A program made the translations under genes and the position numbers. Source: Octopus vulgaris (lineage: Eukaryota). Taken from it: 64,000 nucleotides of DNA. The stretch is taken from positions 6,820,001-6,884,000 of the forward strand of contig OX597817.1 of NCBI GenBank assembly GCA_951406725.2. The letters run 5' to 3'. Below are positions 54,349 to 64,000 of this stretch, in pieces (position 1 is the stretch's first letter; every line of letters begins with the position of its first letter). The notes beneath the pieces were generated by a model. That model did no database searches. It saw only the letters and a program-made list of their open reading frames with translations, and was not told the origin of the DNA.

Positions 54349-55574
54349 AATTTATTGAACATAATGAAATTGCATTTCGTTGACTATCGTATTTAGCATT
54401 TCGTTTATCATCTCCTTTCTGCCTCATACTTCTCAAAATATTTTAAGCGGAATAGTTTTTCAATATGTAAAGCGAAGTTGGGTCCACCGTCAATTTTTCC
54501 ACGTGATAATTAAGTTACTCGACCGAGGAATAATATTCTCACTTAAATATAGAGTGTCCCATATGTAGGTAACACTTGAACTTAGTCCTCGTTTAGATAA
54601 TGCAGACGTATTCTGTCAAACTTTCACTTGGTTTCAGTTTTGCCTACAAGGCTTTTATTGAACAGAAGCTCTGTTAGAAGTCTATTGTCCGAGTTAGTGT
54701 GCAGTAAGACATAACACAAAAAGTGAAAATTGTGAAGTGAATTTATTAGCCATTCGTTCATGCCTGCGCTTGTAAAACTACTTTCTAATACAGAAATTAT
54801 TAACTCTTTTCTTGTATGCTGTATTTTAACATAAAGTGTAACACAAACTTCAGTCAGCAGCTACTCACAGTATTGATAACTAAATACCAACACTTGATTA
54901 TTGAATGATCAGCAAATGTGTCCAATCAAGCAATACGTTTTTGTTTGGAAATAAATACATATCCGGTAACAAGCGGTTTGTCTGGAATTTCGTGATGAAA
55001 ACTATCCAGGTGTACTGTGAATGTATTTGCTTTTGTAAATTGTTTCATAGATTCTGAAGAGATCTGGAATGAAACAAGCTTTTGAAATAAAGTAGTTTAA
55101 ATAATATTTTATAATTGTTTTTGTTTCTTTTTCTTAGAAATCGTATTTTATATTTTATCCAACTCTCTAATGACAGTGACGCTTGTGTAGACAACAGGAA
55201 CTGAGTAAAAACAAAAACAAAACACGGTTTCGTCTCTTGCTGCTCGGCGTATCAATGTTCTCTATGACAAAAATATTTAGCGTCCAGCAGCTATCTTCAT
55301 GCCCTACACAATCCGTGCTCATGTAGGACAAAATAACAGCTACATCACTATTTAAGTACCTACACACCAGTTCTGCTCGCAGACTGTATCTGAAAAGATT
55401 AGAAACATTGCACTGATATATTCCACTAGAAGACTTTATAATCAATGTGATTGATACGATTACTTGATATCGCTTGAAATTATTGCTCCATACTTCATTT
55501 AATTAGAATTGCCTATAACACCGGTATGGTCCGCATATGCCTTTGTTCGATGAATTCCGAGGAAAATTCTACCA

Positions 55575-55717
55575 CCTTTAGTCGAGCAAATCGACCCCAG
55601 GCCTTATTCTTTGGAAGCCTAGTACTTATTCGGCCTCTTTTGCCGAACCGCTAAGTTACGAGGACGTAAATACCATCGGTTATCAAGCGATGTTGGGGGA
55701 CAAACACAGACACACAA

Positions 55718-55786
<69 letters not shown>

Positions 55787-55923
55787 CACATGCATACATA
55801 AATACCACGGGCTTCTTTCAGTTTGTGTCTACCAAATCCACTCACTAGGCTTTGGTCAGCCCGAGGCTATAGTAGAAGACACTTGCCGAAGGTGCCACGC
55901 AGTGGGAATGAACCCGGAACCAT
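55575..55923 (-). mobile_element. CORE-like tRNA SINE
   Basis: Reverse-strand match to 32451-32920. Confidence 0.85.
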
Positions 55924-55929
55924 CAATTT

Positions 55930-56497
55930 TTCTCTACACTTGTGAGACTTGGACACTGTGTCGCTGTGACTTCAAGCGCCTTGAATGCTTCCAGCAATCC
56001 AAGCTGTGACAGATCATCAATATTCTATAGAACGATCATATTAACAACAACGAGGTTCTTCACCGAAGCCACTCTCCTCTGCCGTCGTCTCTGCTGAGCA
56101 GATTATGTCCAGCGTATGGAGCCTGCTCGTCTCCCGAGGATCATGCTCTACGGAGAACTTGCAGTCGGAGCAATACCCTGAGGATGTTCGAAATTCCGTT
56201 TTAAAGACTGGCTCATCATCATGGGAACAGCTTGCCATGGATAGGAGAGCCCGTAGGACTGAATGGAGCCAGCTCCTTCAAGCAGAACAGACAACAGAAT
56301 GAGGAAGTAAAACGTTTAAGAAGAAAGGAGTGTCTCGAAAATCCTCGACCCGCACCGACCTTCCTGTGCGAACTCTGCCCACGACTCTTTCATCACCGAC
56401 TTGGACTCCAAAGTGACATTGGGGACAAACATATACCGAGGAGACTGCATAAAATCAGACGAATCTAGTGCTGGGATACGAACTGCAGCCGACGACG
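55930..56497 (+). mobile_element. RTE LINE 3' fragment with C2H2-like finger
   Basis: LYTCETWTL..KRLECFQQ, SWEQLAMDR, FLCELCPRLFHHRLGL. Confidence 0.8.
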
Positions 56498-57989
56498 ATA
56501 TATACATAGATGCACACACAGGTACGCATCCAGTCTATTCTGTCTGTGTTTTATAATTATTCGTGCATTTTTAAGTTGTTAAGTTTGTTGATGTTACTTG
56601 CTTTATTGTCCGTATCGATGCCAGTTATAGTGATTTGGTTTACCTAACGGCTATCAAATGTTTATATATTGAAGATATTAATCAACTGGATTCCACATTG
56701 TAAAGCAAGAGCTAATGCACATCAATCTAAGTTGAACTGAAACGTAAGCGATCAGTTAAAGTAAATGTTCAGTGTTCTATTCATTTATGCAATCGCTATC
56801 ATAACTTTCGTGAATTTTGGGTAAAGTATGTAATAAAATGGACTGAGTTTCCCAGAATATGTAATGCATCTGATCACATACCAGGCAGTATTTAATAACG
56901 AACCTTTAATTTGTGAGATCAAAATACGATATTTATCCTTCAGAGATCGATAAAATAAGTAAAGTATTTGTTAAATTGACCATTTCCATCCAGCGAAAGT
57001 TATGATCCGAAGCTAGTTTCACGAATCTATATTCTAGATAGCAGCCATTAATCCCCATCAGTGTAATGGACGCAGGTAAGGACTATTGACTTCACCTAGG
57101 TACCTTTTAAAATGTATGATAATGCTTTTGTATAGAGCCATAGCTTTGGGGCTTAATTTACATTTCTACAGAGTTACAGTGGTACGAACCATCGGCTCTT
57201 GATATACTAGTTTATAACAGTTAATGTTATTAGAATCTATAACACTTCCCAAGTAGTAATTGAAATTAGGAATATGGGATCAATTATGAGAGTCTATCTA
57301 TATACACAAAGAAATGCCTGAACTAATGTGAGCGCATAAATAATCAAAGCCGACAAGAAAGTATTTTGCTGGTCGCTAGAACAGCTACAGGTAGCTAACA
57401 TATCTCCTTGTAATAGTATCCTACCATTCTATAAACAAAATACATTCAAGATGGATATGGACGAAGTGGTCACAGCAGAACAAGAATAATATATTTAAAT
57501 GCAGGATCCAACAGGTATTAAATAACAACAGCATCATTAAAATCATATCATGAATGCTAAAATATAAAAAATACTAATGTTAATTTGTAACTGGTAACTA
57601 ACTTATTGATCCAAGATGTAAGCGGGTGGAATTTGAAATCAGTAATGTATATCAGCTGAACTAGTTCTCCATCCACCCATGGAACCTGGAATGAATGAGG
57701 TGCCTTCTACATGGTTATTTGTTAAACACACGAGTCAAATCTCTTCAACTGACACTCCATCATCTAAATAAGGCACGTAATATAAGTTTGACAATGTATT
57801 ACTAAACTACAAATAGATATTTTAAAAAGTGTAGGTGATGTCACACAGAGTAAATCTCTGTTTTTAAAAATTTCTTCTCAACTCATAAGCGGGAAAACGA
57901 GTGTAGAATAAACTGTAGTGAACAATAAAAAAAAAACGTACCTATCCTTAAGTGTCAGACTTAATCAGTCACGTTGTTTAAGACCTACA

Positions 57990-58565
57990 CATGACACTTT
58001 GTGGGTTATACGGGGTTAAATTTATTGCTTTAAATACCAATATGTAGTAACAGAGAACTGGTATGAGCATTGCCAAGTAAAGCTATGCAGGATGATGGAA
58101 AAGTAACAATACACTGGAACTATGATGTTCAGACGGATCGTGTAATCGAACACCGGCGGCCGGATATTGTCATATTGAATAAGAGAGACAAATACCGTAA
58201 GATCATCAACGTAGCCATACCAAATGATATGAATGCTGTGAGGAAAGAGATTGAAAATATATATCCCCAAGTACTCCGAAATGAAAGTGGAAATGGCAAG
58301 ACTGTATGGCATGCGTGTGGGTAATGTAAAAGTGATACAAGTGGTGATCGGAGCGTTACGATCAATTCCATTGAAACTTGAAGGCTTCTTAAGGTAACTG
58401 GAAATCCAATACAATATTGATGTCTTGCAAAAAGCAGTCTTATTGGGTACAAAACTCATCTTAAGGAAAGTATTATCTGTCTGAGGTATTTGTTGTGACT
58501 TGACAGATGACTAAAGACTCCAATGCATTTTTACTTACAATTTGTTACGAAGGAATAATAATAAT
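57990..58565 (+). mobile_element. R4/Dong-type LINE 3' end (RLE domain) with (AAT)n tail
   Basis: TIHWNYDVQTDRVIEHRRPDIVILNK..NVAIPND, VVIGAL, LQKAVLLGT..ILRKVL*. Confidence 0.85.
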
Positions 58566-58740
58566 TAGTCTTCTGCCACCATTCTTTGTTTTCATATACA
58601 GTCTGTTTACATTTGCTTTAGGGTGTAGTGCCCCATTCAGCGTCATACACTTTCGCATCCTTCTATCCAGTGTTGATATTCCTTCCTCAGTCCATTTGAG
58701 GATGGGGTACACTATATCTAACCAGCGCAACTTCCCAGTC

Positions 58741-58741
<1 letters not shown>
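58566..58741 (-). mobile_element. R4/Dong-type LINE internal fragment
   Basis: LKWTEEGISTLDRRMRKCMTLNGALHPKANVNRLYMKTKNGGRRL. Confidence 0.85.
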
Positions 58742-58821
<80 letters not shown>

Positions 58822-58850
58822 CATCATCATCATCATCATCGTTATTATTA

Positions 58851-59297
58851 CTGAGTGAGAGAACAGTGCATGCACTCAAAGTGACACTGGGGTAAAATGT
58901 ACGAAGCCCGGTATACCCATCATGACTACTCGTCTCATAAGGGTACACTAGGCACATGCATCACAACCATATGTGCGCGACATGGTGATCTCCCATCAAG
59001 ATAAACAGTTCCTGACCTTGCTGGCGGGACCAAGTTAAAATATTCTTCAGGTCGAGTAGCACATTCCGATCAAAATGTCTTTGAATAAGGGTTGTTGGAG
59101 GATGTGGAACAAGGCAAAGGTGAATTATCCAAACCCCAAAGAATTCCTTTCAACACATGGCTATGATGCTCCTCCACTACTTTTTCTCGAAAACAAAGAT
59201 GCACAAATCGTCAACCATATTTTCTGTAGCCTATCTTTTATACCAAGACAAAACAATGTACATGATAACAATTCCCATTGGTCAAGATCGAAGCTAT
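58851..59297. repeat. Interspersed repeat between (TAT)n tracts, probably a LINE 3' end
   Basis: Recalled as a common octopus repeat; flanked by TAT tracts; no coding motif recognised. Confidence 0.4.
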
Positions 59298-59299
59298 GA

Positions 59300-60613
59300 G
59301 TATTATTATTATTATCATTATACATTTTTCTTCTTTCAAATTTGCTTCCATTTCTTGCCGAGTGTCTTCCCGACTCCTAAGGCAAAGAAACTCATAGTAT
59401 ACATTGGTAGGACATTAAACCAAACTCAGTAGTTCGTTCATTTTCTTTTTTTTTTTTTAAGTTAAATTAAAATACATGAGCAGCAACAGTTCTCACATCG
59501 ACAATGCTCTTCTCAATAAGTGTGATGTACCAGTTAAGACAATCTTTTGCACTTCTTGCAGGGATGGTAAGCCAGGGATCATTCTCATATAATTTTCGGT
59601 TCCCTTCTTGATCATTCCTAGTGCTCCTACGATCACTGGTATCGTAACCGCCTTGAGATGCCACATTTTCTCAATTTCAATGAGTAGGTCTTTATATTTT
59701 CTGAGCTTGTCAAACTCTTTCGCTGTGATATTAATAATGTTCGTCCTTCGGTTCGAAGATGACCAACTGACATCATCTGATGGAACTGCCACCATGAGAC
59801 CTGAGGTGGCTGGTGAGGCCAATCCGGGCAAGGAAGCCCCTCCCACAGGTGGGGCAGAAGTGGGTAGGGGCCGCCGTGCTACTGGTGCAGGCGGCTCTGG
59901 CTTTACGCATCTGACGTTTCTGCTCCGCTGACCGAATCCGTCCCTCCTCGGCTGTCCCTGCTCCCACGGTGATTGCGCTGCGCCAGGATGAGCGCTGAGA
60001 TATTATGATCACAGGGGATGCTCATGTCGATCAATAAGCAAACTTTATTGTTTTGGTCTTTCACAACAATATCTGGTTTATTGGCCTTGATGGTTCGGTC
60101 TGTATGTACTGGAAAGTCCCACAGAATGGTTACATTTTCTCCTTCAGTTACAGCCTCAGGGTGGTGATTATACCACTTGTCGGCAGTTTTGATATTGTAA
60201 TGCCGACTTATTAGCCAGTGGAGATATTGGCCAACTCTGTCATATCTTAATTTATACTCCACTGGTGCTAAGACTTTACATCCAGAGATTAAGTGGTCCA
60301 CTGTTTCAATCATGTCGTTGCAGAATCGGCATTTTGGGTCTGCTCCATTTTTCATCACATTGTCCTGGTAGTTCCGGGTTAATAGGCTTTGATCTTGAGC
60401 AGCCAGGATGAAACCTTCGCTCTCTGCTTTTAGCCCTGAGCTCCGTAGCCACTGATGGGTTTGCTTCTGTCAACATCAGCTTGTTTGCTGCGGGTCACAT
60501 ATTTGCCGTGCAGAGGTTTCTCCTCCCACCTATCAGCCAATTGCTCGTGCGCTTTTTTCATTGCCATCATTTCCACCTTCTTTGCAACAATAGTTGCCGT
60601 ACTTCCCTCGTAC
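59300..60613 (-). mobile_element. 5'-truncated R4/Dong-type LINE (CCHC + RLE), well preserved
   Basis: WEEKPLHGKY, CRFCNDMIETVDHLISGC, ILWDFPVHTDRTIKANKPDIVV..LIDMSIPCD, KYKDL, PVIVGALG. Confidence 0.92.
59734..59992 (-). mobile_element. 5'-truncated RTE insertion nested in the R4 element
   Basis: 13-bp TSD CGCTG(T/A)GATATTA (59721-33, 59993-60005); WRSAI..KRQMRK..CPTCGRGFLARIGLTSHLRSH. Confidence 0.9.
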
Positions 60614-60650
<37 letters not shown>

Positions 60651-60671
60651 GTAGTGGTGGTGGTGGTAGTG

Positions 60672-60732
<61 letters not shown>

Positions 60733-61270
60733 AATTACAGGGCGGTTTTCTGCTGGCATATGTGTTGCTCATATTGATATTATATATACATATAGATATG
60801 ACAAATAAAGTATAGAGCTAATTGACAATATGAATTGAACAAAGACTCTTTTATAGTTTATTTTGTAATCAGTAAAATAATCCATGATACATTAAAAAAA
60901 AAACGATAATGAAAATCGGAAAAGAGATGAGACTGTCAAGGGAAAATGTCCATGACTATTCGCTTGGGTGAATTTGAAAATAGATGCTCTGGTGGCTTTT
61001 AATGATTTAATATCAAGAGCTGCGTTTTGCTATGTTGCTGTTTCGTTATATTCACTTACAGACGTCTTAAGTCTTTCTAGTGTCCCTTTCCTAGCAATTA
61101 AAAAAGAAACTTAAATACATTTCAATTAAAAGAGAGTAATAAGTGTCTCACATCACTGTAGAATTTGATTGCAGACACAACTGTCAGCAAATGGACGCTT
61201 TTCATTTATCTCGATTTTATATATATATATATATATTTTCTTTGCTTGACGCTCTTGATAATGCAACATA

Positions 61271-62860
61271 CAGTGGCGGCCAATATGTTCAGAACGGCAT
61301 TGATATAATTTTTTATCAAAGTTGTTTTATATTCTATAATTTTCACAGATAATAAATACAATATTATTTGTTATTGCCTGAGATTTTGGTGTAATTTGAG
61401 AGGATAATACAAAGTTACGGATGATTTAGTGATTTACCGCAAAACCCATGGCGGCCAAAATGATCAGAACGCTTGCTTTTACTCCGTGTTTTAGTATAAC
61501 CGGCGAACTCTAATGTTTTGAATTTGTTTACATGAGGATTCGTCTACTAAACATTAGTAAGAATGTTTGCAGTGTACTTTGTTAATATAATGCCACTTAC
61601 TCCGTTACCAATTCGTCAGCAGATTATTAAGCTTCGAAGGAAGGATAATTTAAGTATTGGATCTATTGCAAAGATTGTTAACAAGTCAAAAAGTGTTGTA
61701 CACGGTATTCTTAAGGTCTACGATTAATGTAGTTCGTGTGAAGCAAGAAAGTTTACAGGTAGGCCAAGAAAAACGACCAAGCGAGAAGATCGTGCTATGG
61801 TAAAGTTGGTTAAAAAACTGCTGCTGCTGTTTCTCGGAAAATGAGCATTGGATTGAAGAAAACTTAATCTCGAAAAACTGTCTCGTCGTTTAGTTGAACA
61901 TGACCTACGAGCAAGAGCACCTGCAGTGAAGCCACTGATCAGCTCCAATAATAAAAAGTGACGTCTTACCTTTGCAACCGAACATGTGTTGTGGTCTCAA
62001 GAAAAATGGCAAACGGTGCCTTTCAGTGATGAATCTAAGTTTATGTTATTTGGCTCAGATGGGAAAAGGTACGTTCGTAAAAAAATAGGTGAAAAATTGT
62101 CGCCTAAATGCCTTAAGACTAGTGTTAAATTCGGTGGAGGAAGTGTCATGGTATGGGGATGATATCTGGAGATGGTGTGAGACCTTTGGTGCGATTACAT
62201 GGAAAGGTAAATGCAGGAGTTTATAAACAAATTTTAAAAGATCATGTCTTGCCTGTGGTGAGAAATTCAACTAAGCGACCACCCATATTCATGCAGGACA
62301 ATGCCCCGTGTCACAAGGCTAAGGTGCTCATGAACTTCCTCAAGGCTGAAAAGGTCATTGTTATGGATTGGCCTGCTCAAAGCCCAGATCTCAATCCTAT
62401 TGAAAATGTATGGAATATTCTAGGAGAACGTTCGAAAGCCAGAAATCCTAAAACAACTGAGCAGTTATGGAATGCCTTTCAGGAAGAATGGCATAAGATC
62501 ACCCAGCAAGAAATTGAAAATTTAATTTCCTCATGCAGTCGAAGATGTCAAAGTGTGATTAAAGCTAAAAAGCTTCACACTAAATATTAAATAATTTCAG
62601 TATTCTCTGTCATTTTTGATTATTTTGTTATTTCTTCAATCGTTCTGATCATTTTGGCCGCCATGGGTTTTGCAGTAAATCATTAAATCATCCATAACTT
62701 TTGTATTATCCACTCAAATTACACCAAAATCTCAGGCAATAACAACTAATATTGTATTTATTATCTGTGAAAATTATAGAATATAAAACAACTTTCATAA
62801 AAAATTATATCTACTTTTCTGACGAAAACAATGCCGTTCTGAACATTTTGGCCGCAACTG
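61271..62860 (+). mobile_element. Full-length Tc1 (DD34E) transposon with ~200-220-bp IR/DR-type TIRs
   Basis: TA|CAGTGGCGGCC ... GGCCGCAACTG|TA; TIRs 61271-61471 and 62641-62860, each with two GGCCAA.ATG.TCAGAACG direct repeats. Confidence 0.95.
61590..62590 (+). pseudogene. Tc1 transposase pseudogene
   Basis: FSDESKF, QDNAPCH, WPAQSPDLNPIENVW with D-34-E spacing; stops and frameshifts in the 5' half. Confidence 0.92.
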
Positions 62861-63307
62861 TACATCTGATAATGTGCGAAGAATTGTGTTGGGAAAGGAT
62901 ATCATTGACTAAATAATTTGAAGGCGGTACTCCAGCATGACCGCAGTCTAGAGCAATTTTAAAGCTTAATTCTATTAGATAGTGACTATTGCTTTTGCAC
63001 TACGTAATACATTTTAAATAATTTACTCGCTTTGCTGTTTCTTTCGTTTCGCTTTATTAGACTTTTTTACGAACGCGAACAAAAGCTATTTGTTTACATT
63101 TGGAATTCAAACGGACGTTGACTTTTAAAATAGGTGAGAATCTTGTAGTATTAAGCACTATGATTTATGTTTAATATACAAATAAAGGTTATAGTTTAAA
63201 TTTTTTTTAATATTCACTTATAATTTCTTCAAAGTAACATGACATTTTTTAATAACGTGAGGGGAAAATGGGCCCAGCTCTGCACTTCTTGAATCATTGT
63301 AATATAG

Positions 63308-63376
<69 letters not shown>

Positions 63377-63439
63377 GCTTCACACATGGAATCCACATTC
63401 GAATCATCGCAGGTGAGTTTTCTCTAAATTGTTTGTCTT

Positions 63440-63900
63440 TTGCCGCTTTCGGCAGCTGAAATTGTAATTTCTGTTGGCTATACAGATCAGAAAATCGGGG
63501 ATTTTACAGTCAACTTAAGAAAAACAAGCAGACAAGGGTCTGGTTACTGGAAGATGAACGGGTCCTTCGCAGGGTGGAAAGATTTCAGGGATCGAATTAT
63601 TAGACCACTTAAAGAGGAATTGACGGGAGCCATGAACAACAGGTCGTGGCTTTCCTTAAAAAGGAAAGTCAGAGGGGTGTCAGTTAGTTTTAGCAAAGAG
63701 ATTGCTTTATTAAACAACAGAATAGAAAATAAACTAGTTAGTAACTTCGAAGAGGCACTTAAAAGTGTGTTTGGGAATGACGAGTAACCGGCGAGAAAGG
63801 CACTCGACCAATTTTTCAACGTAAAACATGAAGTTGATCGCTACTCCTCTAAGGAAGTACTAGCCGATGAGAGGAACTAAAATCAAGGAAAATCTGTGGA
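63440..63900 (+). mobile_element. L1/Tx1-clade LINE fragment (end of APE endonuclease and linker)
   Basis: GYTDQK (cf. SDH) then GSGYWKMNGS..W..LKRK. Confidence 0.7.
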
Positions 63901-64000
63901 TTTTCAGCTTATCATCTGCTGATGCAGATCCATGCTTCCAAACAGCATCCCAGAGACAATGGATGGACAAACGTATTAAATAGTTCTGAGTGTAGTTTTG

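Overview
AT-rich, microsatellite-dense eukaryotic DNA. The SINE families and (TA)n/(TAT)n/(GATA)n density match what I recall of octopus (coleoid cephalopod) genomes; the species assignment is inference. I found no intact host protein-coding gene, and most ORFs in the track are microsatellite artefacts. The window is a transposon graveyard: Penelope-like elements (PLEs), several R4/Dong-type LINE fragments, RTE and L1/Tx1 fragments, tRNA-derived SINEs, a terminus-complete Chapaev3 element (TAA TSD), a Tc1 IR/DR element, a mariner, a maT-type element interrupted by a FLYWCH MULE, a hAT MITE and a non-autonomous Helitron. The most notable items are a decayed intron-less MALT1/paracaspase-like sequence (~26.6-27.1 kb, minus) that the ORF track does not reveal, a perfect 130-bp palindrome with back-to-back hammerhead-ribozyme cores, other minimal hammerhead motifs, a head-to-head tRNA-derived palindrome, and a GC-rich 367-bp insert with an 11-bp TSD. 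All family assignments come from motif recognition by eye, not database searches.
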